A stretch of 64,000 nucleotides of DNA, taken from positions 71,920,001 through 71,984,000 of the forward strand of contig NC_043002.1 in NCBI RefSeq assembly GCF_006345805.1, read 5' to 3'. Of this stretch, positions 1 through 13,262 are shown one piece after another. The translations under genes and the position numbers were made by a program. The notes beneath the pieces were generated by a model that searched no databases, was not told where the DNA came from, and was given only the letters and a program-made list of their open reading frames with translations. Source of the stretch: Octopus sinensis (Eukaryota). Every line of letters begins with the position of its first letter. Position 1 is the first letter of the stretch.

Positions 1-221
1 ACAGACACGTGTACACTTAACGTAGTTCTCGGGGATAATCAGCGTGACACAGAGAGTGACAAGGCTGACCCTTTGAAATACAAGTACAACTCATTTTTGC
101 CAGCTGAGTGGACTGGAGCAACGTGAAATAAAGTGTCTTGCTCAAGGACACAACGCGTCGCCGGGAATCGAACTCACAACCTTACGATCATGAGCCGAAT
201 GCCCTAACCACTAAGCCACGC
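1..221 (-). mobile_element. tRNA-derived SINE (head type A + tail X), cut by window edge
   Basis: Minus strand: A-box-like TGGCTTAGTGG, B-box GAGTTCGATTCC, then GTGTCCTTGAGCAAGACACTT; 3' part matches 43453-43640 and 29380-29558. Confidence 0.85.
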
Positions 222-749
222 TTAGACAGAAAACCATGCTGGCTATGTATGTGTGCTGGTGACAAATTTTCTTGAATTTTGCTGCAGTACTTTGAAATTT
301 ATCAAAGCGTGTTTTTTCTTTCTTTAATATTTTTGATAGCTCTTTCGATGGATGGATTTATGTGAGTTTACCTAGCACTGATGACATTTCGCTAATTTTA
401 TAAATTAATTTTTATTGTCTACTATCGGGTTATTTTTTTGATATTTTCAAAGTTTAAATAACCTCCATCATCTATATAAGATGCGTTGTTATAGTTTCTC
501 CTTCTAAATTAACTTTCATATGTGTTACAAGTTGTTTGCGTTCGGCAAGAGAGGAGTAGGTTTCTGTTTGTTTTCTGTTTGTGACGGTGTCTAAAAGAAG
601 TCTACAATATATTAAAAAATCAATTTCACGACAGTTTTGAAATATCTGATTGATCACAAATATATTTAGAAAATATTTGGGAATTACTCAAATAATCTTT
701 ATACAAATATATGTGGGTATACATATAAATATATTTCTATATGTTAAAT

Positions 750-1441
750 ATATTTATTAATGTTGCTTATACAGCTTGCGGCCACTGACGTTATTATTTT
801 TATGAATAATAATGGTTTATTTTTTTATATAAATTTATAAATATTTCACATAGTTCGCTTGTTTCAATGGTGCTTGGTCACTCAAACGGCTCGGCAAAAG
901 TGACAACAGAATAAGTACGAAGCTTACAAAGAATAAGTCCTGGGGTCGATTTCGACTAAAGACGGTGTTCCAGCAAGGCCGCAGTCAAATTACTGAAACA
1001 AAAGAAAATATTTATTAATTTTGCCTATATGGCTTTTTATGCTTGCGGCCACTAACGTTACTATTTTTATAAACAACAATGTTCTGTTATATATATATTT
1101 ATAATTCACATAGATCGTTTGTTTCAATGGTGCTTGGGCCCTCAAACGAACATAGGCATGATAGAGTGAATTTTAGTAATTGTTAGTAGTAGATCTGGTT
1201 AAATATAATTGAGTGCCTTTGGCGCTAAATTCGAAATCAATATATCAAATTAACTGATGTTCTTTCTGCACCCTCTGCGGAGGTAATACACAATTCTTAT
1301 TCACTTAAATTTTTTCCTATCATGCCTGAGGCTTCGAATTTAGTGACTCCTATATTTATTTTGCCTGTACGGTTTTTATGCTTGCGGTCACTAACATTAT
1401 TACTTTTATGAATAATAATGTTCTTTTATGTATATATATAT
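750..1441. repeat. Three diverged direct copies of a ~140-bp AT-rich unit
   Basis: TATTTATT...GCTTGCGG(C/T)CACT(G/A)AC(G/A)TTA... recurs at ~750-890, ~1008-1150 and, partially, ~1351-1441. Confidence 0.7.
887..1008 (+). mobile_element. 3' fragment of the abundant microsatellite-bearing SINE (family C)
   Basis: CGGCAAAAG...AGAATAAGTCCTGGGGTCGATT...CAGCAAGGCCGCAGTCAAATTACTGAAAC, matching the 3' ends of the copies at 5611-5947 and 19692-20029. Confidence 0.8.
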
Positions 1442-2180
1442 AGTGGCCTCGATAGTAAATGGAACCAAAACACTATGATATTTTGGGGCATTGACTGTCA
1501 TCGAAATGTCAGCTTCGAGTATTCCGTGTATCATGTCTTTGCCTAAATTACCCGTTCGTTAAGTTTTCGTTCAGTTTTCCGTTTGCTCTTCTTTCGTCTA
1601 ACGTCTCCGTGTTGTATTCTTTCTGTTCAACCCTTGATATATGTACATACATTCGCCATGTTGGACTGCTGAACTATACACGTTTCTTTTTTTCATTCTC
1701 TTGTTCCTCTCTGACATGAACTCGCCGTAAAGTATCTGATTGAGCACACAAAATGTTCAGTAGTTAGTCCACACCCGTAGCTAACAGTTGCATACTGTTT
1801 TTCTCTTCCAGATTGTGAAAGCTTACCATAATATTTAACCTAAGAACTGTGTAATTTTAAGATTTCATTTTTGGCGGGGCATATATGGGTTAATTCTTTG
1901 CTCGACTTCTGTATTATATTTGATACACTGGACGTAATTCTCTGGTACGTGTGACACATATATGTTATACGCATACCCATTTTTTTTCAACCACCAGATT
2001 ATTTGAGACTTATGGGAAGAAATCTTCATATTAATCAGAACTTACGGTAAACAAGAGCTAAGTAAAAGACTGAAAACATTCATGAAAGTTTCGGACAAAC
2101 TCATGAAAAGAATTTCGACAGTTGAAGATTTAAATTACACGTAGATGAGTTTAGAAACAATTCTATTATCAGATATAATA

Positions 2181-2746
2181 TTGGGTTGTCCGGAAAGTTC
2201 GTGCCCATTTATTGTAGCTTACCTTTCGACTTATTTTAGAACATGGTTGAGTCCATAAAATAGGATCTGACTACACCTCCATCTAGAGCACAGATTAAGC
2301 TATCTTTTCGTGAAAGAAGATTTATGTCCCTGTAACCTGTGTTAATTCTGTAACCCTTTAAATTGGAAGATAAGAAAGTTCATTTTCGGATCTTGATGCT
2401 TTGGGAACCAGACAAAAATTGCTGCAGCTCGGCTGGGATGTGTTACCCCACCCTCCATATTCACCAGATGTTGCTCCTTCGGATTTCCACTTATTCAGGT
2501 CTCTGCAGAATAGTCTTAATGGTACAAATTTCAATTCCTTGGATGACGTAAAAAGATACCTTGATGAATTCTTTGCCATGAAACCACCTCAATTCTGGGA
2601 AGAGGGTATTTTCAAGTTAAAGGAAAGATGGAGACGCATTGTGCAACAAAATGGTTCATATTTGGTTGGCTAAAAATGTAATGTCAAATATTTATTGACC
2701 TTTTTCTTTCCTTTAAAAATCGGCATGAACTTTCCGGACAACCCAA
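2181..2746 (+). mobile_element. Internally deleted mariner transposon (non-autonomous), 30-bp TIRs, TA target duplication
   Basis: TIRs TTGGGTTGTCCGGAAAGTTCGTGCCCATTT / AAATCGGCATGAACTTTCCGGACAACCCAA (2 mismatches), flanked by TA at 2179-80 and 2747-48. N-terminus MEDKKVHFRILMLW is fused to a C-terminal segment with the mariner motif LPHPPYSPDVAPSDFHLF. Confidence 0.95.
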
Positions 2747-2779
2747 TAGTAATACAAGTTGATAACAAAAATGTTGCGA

Positions 2780-2829
2780 TATGTATATATCGTATATATA
2801 TACGTATATATATATATGTACATGTATAC

Positions 2830-2892
<63 letters not shown>

Positions 2893-2995
2893 GCACATAC
2901 ATAAATACATATACATATATGTGTGCATATATATACATGTATATATATATACACATATAAATATATACATACATATATACATGCATATTTATTTA
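2780..2995. repeat. (TA)n compound microsatellite
   Basis: Direct reading. Confidence 0.95.
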
Positions 2996-3000
2996 TTTAA

Positions 3001-3385
3001 TCTTTTACTTGTCTCAATCGTTTGACAGCGGCCATACTGAGGCTCCACGTTAAAGGGTGTTAGTCCCAAAAATCGATCCCAGGTCTAATTCTTTGTTAGC
3101 CTAGAACTTATTATATCGGTCCCTGTTGCCAAACCGCTAATTCACGGTGACATAGACACACCAGCATCGGTTGTCAAGCGATGATGGGCGGTACAAACAC
3201 AGGCACACACACACAAATATATATATATATATGCATACGACGAGCTTCGTTCGGTGTCCGTCTACCAAATCCACTCACAAGGCTTTGGTCGGCCCGGGGC
3301 TATAGTAGAGGACAGTTGCCCAAGGTGCCACGCAGTGGTACTGAACCCAGAACAATGTGGTAGGGAAGCTAGCTTCTTACCACAC
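3001..3385 (-). mobile_element. SINE family C copy with internal (TA)/(TG) microsatellite
   Basis: Reverse complement of GTGGTAAG...GGTTCAGTACCACTGCGTGGCACCTTGGGCAA...GGATTTGGTAGACGG...CAAACGATTGAGACAAG. Confidence 0.85.
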
Positions 3386-3680
3386 ACACACACACATTGC
3401 AGGGACCACTTGGAGGTGAGAAACTTGTTTAATGTTTCACTGGGGTACTGTGAAGTGTATGTGTGGAAGTTGCAGCATTGGTGAAGTCATAGAGTTAATG
3501 TGTATGTTTGCGTGGAATTGTTTTAGGGACGTACATATCCAGTGTGGGTTTTCTAAGCTAGATTTTGTAGTGTTTGTAGGAACAAATGAGGAAAATAATA
3601 CTTGGTATTCACAATATAGATTATGTGATAAAATGTTAATGATAAACCTACACTTTGATGTTTATGTTATATATATGTAA

Positions 3681-3837
3681 GGCGTAGGAGTGGCTGTGTG
3701 GCAAGTTATTTGCTTACGAGCCACATAGTTCTCGGTTCAGTCCCACTGAAGTCTTGTGAGTAGATTTGGTAGACGACCAAAGCCTTGTGAGTGGATTTGG
3801 TAAACGGAAACTGAAAGAAGGCCGTCGTATATATGTG

Positions 3838-3925
<88 letters not shown>

Positions 3926-4105
3926 TGTTTGTCCCCGCAACATCGCTTGACAACCGATGCTGTGCTTGCGTCCCCGTAACTTAGCGGTTTGGCAAAAGAG
4001 ACCAATAGAATAAGTACTAGGCTTACAAAAATTAAGTCATGAGGTAGATTTGCTCAACTAAAGGTGGTGCTCCAGCATGGCCACAGTCAAATGACCAAAA
4101 CAAAT
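3681..4105 (+). mobile_element. SINE family C copy, near full length
   Basis: GGCGTAGGAGTGGCTGTGTGG head, GGTTCAGTCCC B-box-like motif, internal (TA)n(TG)n, 3' GGTGGTGCTCCAGCATGGCCACAGTCAAATGAC. Confidence 0.9.
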
Positions 4106-4124
4106 AAAACACGCACACACACAA

Positions 4125-4870
<746 letters not shown>

Positions 4871-5452
4871 CGTACGCTTGCGTGTATTGAACTGTCGGAA
4901 AAATATTCGGTTATTGATCATATTTATTCATGTAAATATTGTTTTGAAAATGGAACACCTTAGGAATTGATGTCACCTTTGACATTTCCATAAATGGAAA
5001 TTTGTTACGAGAAATATTGATTTTGTTTTCTTTTGAGGTATGTAATATTTTCGTCATCACTGTAGCAGCTGACTCGTTCGTCATTTCTTGGTTTATGTTT
5101 GTTTGTTTTGTTTGATTCGCTGTTTTTTTTTTCTTTGGGCTATTACTACCATGAGTACTAAATATATCAGGTACATCGAGCTATGAATAGCCAACAACGT
5201 CGAAGTAAGATTTGTATTACACTACCAATCTAATCAACGTATTGGTCATATTTCTGAGCAAACACAAATCTCTTTAAAATAAGCACCACATATTGAAGTC
5301 CTAAATTTTGGGCTCTTTTTCTTCACGCCCTCTGTCCATGTTCACGTCATGCAAGTTGGATCATCTCTGATTCGCCCCTCCTCTACACAATCCACCTTAT
5401 CACTTTTTCAACTCTATCCTTCCGTTTTTCTCAACCCTGTCACTAATACCTG

Positions 5453-5529
<77 letters not shown>
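5453..5529. repeat. (CT)n microsatellite
   Basis: Direct reading. Confidence 0.95.
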
Positions 5530-5532
<3 letters not shown>

Positions 5533-5610
5533 TCTCTACCATCTTTTCCTTCCTTCCAGCTTACCATTTTTCATCCATGCGCCTAGGGCAATTTCCCGTT
5601 CGCTTTTCTA

Positions 5611-5947
5611 TACCTTGGGCAAGTGTCTTCTACTATAGCCTCAGGCCGACCAAAGTCTTGTGAGTGGATTTGGTAGACGGAAACTGAAAGAAGCCCGTCG
5701 TATATATGTATATATATATGTATGTGTGTGTATATGTTTGTGTGTCTGTGTTTGTCCCCCCAACATTGCTTGACAACCGATGCTGTTGTGTTTACGTCCC
5801 CGTAACTTAGTGGTTTGGCAAAAGACCGATAGAATAAGTACTAAGCTTCCAAAGAATAAGTCCTGGCGTCGATCTGCTCGACTAAAGGCGGTACTCCAGC
5901 ATGGCCGCAGTCAAATGACTGAAACAAGCAAAAGAGTAAAAGAGTAA
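5611..5947 (+). mobile_element. SINE family C copy lacking the head, with (AAAAGAGT)n tail
   Basis: ACCTTGGGCAAGTGTCTTCTACTATAGCC...GGCGGTACTCCAGCATGGCCGCAGTCAAATGACTGAAACAAGCAAAAGAGTAAAAGAGTAA. Confidence 0.9.
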
Positions 5948-6580
5948 CTCCAAAATTTAGTTTATCAACATTTAAATTACACATTGGAGGCGTGCATAAT
6001 ACAAAATTTAAATTACGCATGCATTGTGTGGCAATAAATTTAAATTTCTTAATAATTTCCCTTTACTATGTTCGGAATTCATTAACATCATTCATTTGGC
6101 CCTGTGTGTCCCTCTCCTTACCGTGCTAATAAGTTTGTTCAATTTTGTTTGTTCCCTGTATACAGTTGTGTTAGAACTGAATCAAATAAATAGTTTGGGG
6201 AACTAGTTGATTTCTTATTAATTTGATATTTTCATAAAGTGAACAGTTGAGTGCAAGCAATAGTTGGCCTAAGAACCGAAGCATTAAGCATAAAATACGA
6301 ACTCATTACATATCTTTAAACCATGCCAACAGGAATTCAAACAGATTTAAGGTGTGACTAGTGTCTGCTGTCTTTCTATGAATAGTATTTGATAAGCGCT
6401 CGCAGGTTGAATGGGCAAAGTAAAACCATGCAGCTAATTCTCATTGAAAGGCATTTGCTTCAGAAAATGAGGGAAGAAAATGAATATGAATGAATGAAAT
6501 GCTACAATCAATGCATGGGTTTTAAAACCTGAAAGAATGTCAATAGTTTTAATTTCATTAATGCTATTGATGAAACTCAC

Positions 6581-6642
6581 CTAAAGGCAAATGTGTGAGA
6601 TATGTGTTGCACCTTCCAAGTCCATATGCAGAGCATTTATCT
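6581..6642 (-). CDS. Candidate isolated internal exon (62 nt) of an unidentified host gene; peptide DKCSAYGLGRCNTYLTHLPL
   Basis: Minus strand: T-rich tract TTTTTTTTTGTTTTGTTGTTTAG| acceptor, AG|GTGAGT donor, one of three frames open, non-repetitive flanks. Protein not recognised. Confidence 0.55.
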
Positions 6643-6860
6643 CTAAACAACAAAACAAAAAAAAGAAACCTCTTAAAGTTAACATAGCAGCAACAGTGAT
6701 ATTGGAGTTTAACGTTAATATTGTATGATAAAAGCTTGCAACGTTTTCGTAAATGCTGTTAGTAAAATAAGATGGCGAAGGGACCTGCAGTACAAAATAT
6801 ACAACATTAAACATTTTCACGCCATTAAATAATGTGATGGTGGTGGTGGTGGTGGTGATG

Positions 6861-6891
<31 letters not shown>

Positions 6892-7730
6892 AAGTTATGA
6901 GGTTGTACATTTAACTAAACAGGTTTCTTTTCTATTTAACATGCGCAGCTAAATTTTGCTAAATAAATCTCAAGGCTGATGGACTGAGGTTGAGTAAACA
7001 ACGACTTGAATAATACCGACATCAAATTTTATGGAATGTAAGTAGAAACAAAGTGCAATTTGGTCTCAGTCTAGTGATTTGTGGTTAGCCATCTTCGTAT
7101 TAACCTGAAATTAGAGACAGTTTAACGAAAGATATAATAGATTCGAAATCAAATTATCCCTGGATGGCAGATGGAATGTAATTGATATCTCTCTTGATTT
7201 CAGATTACAAGCCCAAAATAGATATCTATAGCATAAATCGAGCCTTCGTTATCGTGGTTTGAAACGTAAGATCTTTTTTCTACCCCGAAGATGGAGGTTC
7301 AATTTATTCAATGTTCATTTGCTTCTATTACGGGCTTCATATTTTGGTTAACTACATCTAGCAACATTATGATTGATCTCCGAGCCCCAGAAACTGTCGT
7401 TTGTTCTCTGTGTAATTTTGATCTATTAATATAAATACCTACATATTTATACTTAAATATTCATCGTCTGAAAATCGTCAGTCTTTGCTTTCTTTCTGTT
7501 TGCATGTATACAAATATGGACATCTTGTATATCAAACCAAAGCTGTTAGATTTGTTTATCCTCATAATTGCCTACATATCTGCTCACCTCGATTCTTCTT
7601 ATAGCCACTCTTTACCCTGTGGAACTGGTTCCTCGTGAAGATACCAGAGTCTATGTTCGAATAATTCGAGCGCTATGTGTTTTCTACATCAAGAATCTCT
7701 GGATCTCATCCGTTGACTCTGTGTGTGTGT

Positions 7731-7766
<36 letters not shown>

Positions 7767-8028
7767 TTGATTCTTATAAAAAATTATGAAATTTGTGCCT
7801 AGCCACTTTCTGATGTCTTACATGTTGATGTGCTTTGATTTTTAATAAATCCTTATAATTATATTATATTTTTTTACGCGGTAGCATTGAACTGACTGAA
7901 TTAACTGAAACAATATTATTGCAATATATTTGAATTTAAAAGAAAATCATAAAGTTATTGTGAAGCCTTACTGGTACTATCGGATGGCTACAACACCTGA
8001 GTTACAATAATATTTGTATATCTACCAA

Positions 8029-8488
8029 GGCGGTGAGCTGGCAGAAACGTTAGCACGCCGGGCGAAATGCCTAGCGGTATTTCGTCTGCCGCTACGTTCT
8101 GAGTTCAAATTCCGCCGAGGTCGACTTTGCCTTTCATCCTTTCGGGGTCCATTAAATAAGTACCAGTTACGCACTGGGGTCGATATAATCGACTTAATCC
8201 GTTTTTCTGTCCTTGTTTGTCCCTTCTGTGCTTAGCCCCATGTGGGTAGTAAAGAAATAGGTATTTCGTCCGTCTTACGTTATGAGTTCAAATTCCGCTG
8301 AGGTCTACTTTACCTTTCATCCTTTCGGGGTCGATTAAATAAGTAACAGTTACGCACTGGGGTCGATGTAATCGACTTAATCCGTTTGTCTGTCCTTGTT
8401 TGTCCCCTCTGTGTTTAGCCCCTTGTGGGTAATAAAGAAATAAGAGCCGTTAGCACGCCGGGCGAAATGCTTAGCGATATTTCGTCTG
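8029..8488 (+). mobile_element. Head-to-tail array of tRNA-SINE family B: full unit 8029-8259, headless unit 8260-8442, 5' stub 8443-8488
   Basis: GGCGGTGAGCTGGCAGAAACGTTAGC head, GAGTTCAAATTCC B box; the second unit restarts at GGTATTTCGTC right after ...AAAGAAATA. Confidence 0.9.
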
Positions 8489-9576
8489 TGTGAGTTTGGA
8501 TTTATTGGTAATTATTATTGGAGTGCGTCTGTATAGTAAGTGCAAGTTTCTATTGACTGTTTTTGTGTTATTTCCTGTTATAATTATTGTTCCTGTTATA
8601 ATTATTTGTGTGATAGTCTTCGTTCGGAAACTATCATGTGTTTTCCCCTGTGGGGGAAACATTAATTGCTGGCAAGATGCTGAAAAGTGTGACTTTGACT
8701 GGCGAAGAGTCGTCAACCGACAGGGAGGCAAAAAAATTGAAAGTTTAATATTTGGCGATATTTCGGTTTCTTCTGAAAGGGAATTTCCCCAACCATCAAT
8801 GTGTACTGTTGCAAAGAGGAATATTGACGTGAAATGCCTTCAAACAGAAGAAAATAATCAAAAAAGAAGTTTTTCGTCGGCGGCTGGAGGTGGAATCCGC
8901 CAGCTGTCGACAAACAAAAATGACATGATAAAGTACAAAGATATGATAAGAATTGAAGACGGTGTTGTGAAAGTTCAACCCTACCGGAAGAACCATTAAT
9001 GTTAGAAAAAAGAAAAACAATTGTTTTAAAATCTTACTGTCTAATAGGGAAAAAAATGATCGAGTGAGCGAAGAGAGAGTTGAGAAGTGCTTGAAACCCA
9101 TCTGGCAGGATATTACATACCTAGCCAGAGGAAAGAAGTTTGGTACTATCGAAGTACGACTAAAAGATATAGAAACTGCACAAATGCACTCAGTTAAATC
9201 TTTAGAAACGGAGGACGTTCTTTTAATTCCGATATATATGGGAACCCGGACGTCAAAGATACGTATAACAAGGGTCCGACCTCATGTCGACCCTATGTTG
9301 TTGATGGCGGAAGTCCTGGCAAAAAAGGAAGATAATATAACACTCCTTCAGGCTACCGTCACCGAAAAGGCTTATTGGACTGGTTAAACGGTTCGCCTCC
9401 TAATACACGCAAAACAGTCAATTTTAGAACAGTTACCGGAGAAAATAGAAATTGGTGAAGAATTCTTTAACGCATTCGTCGAGAGGTGTAAGCCCCGATG
9501 TGTCCAGTGTGACCAGCTAGTACATATAAAATATAGACTGTAGAGGCGGTGAGGAAGAATCCGATAGTGAAGAGGA

Positions 9577-9629
<53 letters not shown>

Positions 9630-12026
9630 GAAGAAAAGAAAGCAACTAACAATAAGAAAAAAATGGAAAGCTCAAATCAACAAAATCAGGTCGAAATAAG
9701 ACAAAAAAAAACTGTGAAAAGAGACAAACCAAAAAGAGCAGAAGACAGAGGGATAGTCGCGTTATACAGCAAAAATGAAGATTTAATGAGAGAAATAAAA
9801 GAGAAAACAATCAGCCTCTAGGATTGCAGAATTTCTTAAAAATATAAGAACTACGAATTCTACGAAATGGATAAAAAGACTCATAATGTATTACTTAACA
9901 CGTATAGAAAGTCGGTGTCGATGATGAGATTGGATTTTAATCAATCTATTTTTCAAGACTTGCCACTTCCGATCCTATGTCAAGTAAAGGTGGAGAGTCC
10001 CTCTCCACAGGACACCCGAGTCAAATATGTAAGTCATGTCTATTCACATTGGTTGTGTAAATGTTTGTGGCCCGATGTCTAGCTGGAAGCAAGGGCATTT
10101 CCTACATGACATCAGGTCAAGAAAATTGGATGTGATTGTTGCAACGGAAACCTGGGTGAAGGGACCAAGAGATATTCCTCACCCTCCTGAACGGCTATGA
10201 GAAATACTTTTCTCCGAGTCAATATGTCCGTTTTAACGATTGAGGAGTACAGAAAGCGGATCGAGATGTTAATACAGAGGGCACAGGCAGGTACCATCAT
10301 TTATAAGGAATGGTGGTACGCCCTAAAAAGAACCATAAAATAGGTGTCTATTAGGTTTAGCATAAGATTAGCTAAGAAGGGACGTAGAATAAGAGATGGT
10401 ATAGTTAAGGAACTAGAAGAAGCCTGGAGGACTGGTAATGAGGACCAAGCGAGGGTGAAAAGACTGGAGTTAAACCAACATCTTGAAGCCCAAAACAGGG
10501 GAAGTATTGCCAGAGCTAAGTTACGTGCGATGGGAAGTGAAGGAATCAAGGCCGCTGGATGGGTCCGAGTGGTAGGAGCTCGACAAGGAAATAGTTCCAC
10601 TATTCGGTCTTTGACGAATCAAAATGGTGTCTCGGTAAACGAACTCGAGATGTGTGAAGCCTTTCGGGAAAACTTCTCCCAGCTGTTCGGAGCTGATGAC
10701 GGTCCTGATGGTGGGGGAGTCCCCGAGGACTTTCTTGCTGAGCTGCCGTGCTTCTCGGGGTCGGATGCAGAGTCTTGCGAAGGGCCGATCACACCTGTGG
10801 AAGTGATGGAGGCTACGGCCAACTGTAAGGCGGGTAAGTCACCGGGACTTGATGGTGTTCCGTTCGAGCTGTATAGATTTATGCCAGACTTTTTCGGGCA
10901 CCTACTGGTTGACGTGTACGCGAACTGGCAACAGAATGAGTTTATCGCCAGATTAGGGTGAACGGTTTCCTTTCGAAGCCTTTCTATATCAGGCGCTCGG
11001 TTTGTCAAAGATGTCCGCTCTCACCACTTATGTATGTGGTGGCTCTTGAGCCCCTACTGCGAAGGTCGAGTGACATTCCGAGAGAACCAGGTTTAGAGGA
11101 GTTTGTTACAGCTTACGCTGACGATATCAATATCAGCGTAACTACAGTAGCACGCCTACATGAAGTGGGTGAGGCTATTGAGGTTTACGAGACGGTGGCA
11201 AGAGCAAAGATTAACTGGAAAAAGTCGATGCCTTCGCAAGTCGATGCCTTCAGACAGCGTTGTTGGGCGCTGGATAGAGGGACCGGTTAACTTGCTGGAA
11301 TCTGGTTTGGCCAATGTGTTTATCGCATCGGTCATTACCTACCGCCTAACAGTCATGCCCTGTCCGGATTCGTGGTTGATCAGGTTGGAGAGACAGCTCT
11401 TTCGCTTTTTGTGGAAGAGCAGGTCGCCACTTGTGAAACGCTCTGATTCTTGTCAAAAGCTGTTATCCGGCGAAGGATGAGTACGGCTGTCGACCGAGTC
11501 AATAATAAAAGTTGACCTACCGGAGGTTTTAAGAAAGTTAAATTTAACAAACGCAGGTAAGAATTGTTTTCTCACGGTTGTACCAATAGCGAAAGAGGCA
11601 GTATGGAAGACTAGGATAAAAGGGATTAAGACAAGCAACTTTATCTCCAGCCATGAGTTAAGATCATTTTTTTACGCTTCATTTGAAAAGGAAGGTGTGG
11701 CTGGAGAAAGTGTGTCTGTCAGAGAGTATGTTAAAAAAAGATGGAGGCATGTTGCACGGGTGTTGTGCGTGCAAGGGACCGTGTGAATAAACTATACAAG
11801 AAGAACAAACAAAGGTACCACTGATAGATCGGGGCTTGTGGTGTCGGAGCGTGGCCTGGTTATCGTTACATTTGTGTTGTCTCTGAATTGTCAATTTCAT
11901 TTGATTTTTTTATATTTTAAATAATTTTTATATTCATAATTTATGTAAAATCATAAGGTATTACTGATCCCAATCTGTTGTTTTGTCCATTTCTGTGTTT
12001 GGTCCCCTGTGAGCAATAAAGAATTT
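8489..12026 (+). mobile_element. Degenerate, internally deleted Tx1/L1-type non-LTR retrotransposon (ORF1, APE remnant, RT, C-terminus, 3' UTR with AATAAA)
   Basis: ORF1-like LKPIWQDITYLARGKKFGTIEVRL; APE-like KLDVIVATETW (~10123-10157); RT motifs GKSPGLDGVPFELY, RRSVCQRCPLSPLMYVVALEPLLRR, VTAYADDI; TATTTCGTCTGT duplicated at 8478-8489 and 12029-12040. Confidence 0.85.
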
Positions 12027-12197
12027 GGTATTTCGTCTGTCTTTACGTTCTGAGTTCAAATACCGCCGAGGTCGACTTTGCCTATCATCTTTTCGGGGTC
12101 GATAAATTAAGTACCAGTTGCGTATTGTGGTTGGTCTAATCGACTGACCCTCTCCCTAAAAATTTCGGGCTTTGTGCCACGAGTAGAAAAGAATATT
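12027..12197 (+). mobile_element. 3' remainder of the family B SINE interrupted by the Tx1-like LINE
   Basis: GGTATTTCGTCTGTCTTTACGTTCTGAGTTCAAAT...GGGGTCGATAAATTAAGTACCAG...GTAGAAAAGAATATT continues the stub at 8443-8488. Confidence 0.85.
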
Positions 12198-12666
12198 TGT
12201 GTATCTACCGTGAGACATATTACAAAATAGATGGCGGAATAGATCTGATCCTGATACCTGCCTCATAGTCTGAGACTCTAGATGTTTAGCAGGCGCTTCA
12301 TTGTTTGTGTGACGGTACAATATTTGTATATGCGTTTCTCTAGCTGAACATAATTCTCATCAGAATATCCATCGTGTATAGTTATCTGATATAATACTAT
12401 CCGGGGCATACGTTGTTGCTCATCTATCTGCTGACACTAGACAGACGCTAATTAAATCCTGGTTGAATAATGCCTTCATTTAAATGAATTTATTAACATT
12501 TTCTGGCTTAGGGATTCAGTTGAAATAGTGTTGCATGCATAGAACGATTCTGCCTAAATATATATTCAGTAACCTATTGGATGGAATTCAGAAAAAGGAA
12601 ATTTTCTTGAAAGGAAATCTATTGTTGTTATGATACAATTATATGTGACGAATGTCAGATAAAATT

Positions 12667-12734
12667 AAGACACACACACACACATACACACACACAGGCT
12701 CACACACATATATACATATAAGTACACGCACATA

Positions 12735-12796
<62 letters not shown>
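12667..12796. repeat. (CA)n(TA)n microsatellite
   Basis: Direct reading. Confidence 0.9.
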
Positions 12797-13231
12797 GTAA
12801 TAAGTTTGATGACTCATGCATAGATTCAGTGTTGAACAGGGTTGATGTAGGTTAGGGATGCCTTTGAAAGTATAACCTTTAACGACATATAACATTGAAG
12901 AAACAGAAATATCGATTCTTAAATAAAAAATATCTTCAACGTAATGTATGTGGCGAAATATTAAAGGTCTCTAAGAATTGGAAAAATATACACCACTGTG
13001 CATTTAAAAGATTCTAAAATAGCGCACGTTCAGATTCTTTTGTTGCAATGTCATAAAAATAAATGAACTTTTCTTAAAACTCGATAGAATTTTGTTGGTA
13101 ACTCCTGTCACAGCAGCACTGATCTACATAACAGAAATAGAGTTCTTCCTTCCTTCGCAAACCAACCCTGTATCAATATTGATTTCTTCTTCCAGTTCGA
13201 TTAAGTACAAAACAGTTTTCCTTTAGTTTTT

Positions 13232-13262
<31 letters not shown>

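Noticed and set aside
7204-7265. Plus-strand segment with AG acceptor and GTAAG donor
   Set aside because: Stop codons in all three frames; no support as a coding exon.
8029-8488. Regularly repeated units resembling a CRISPR array (also 38423-38922)
   Set aside because: Units are ~180-230 bp SINE bodies with no unique spacers, no cas genes, and a eukaryotic context.
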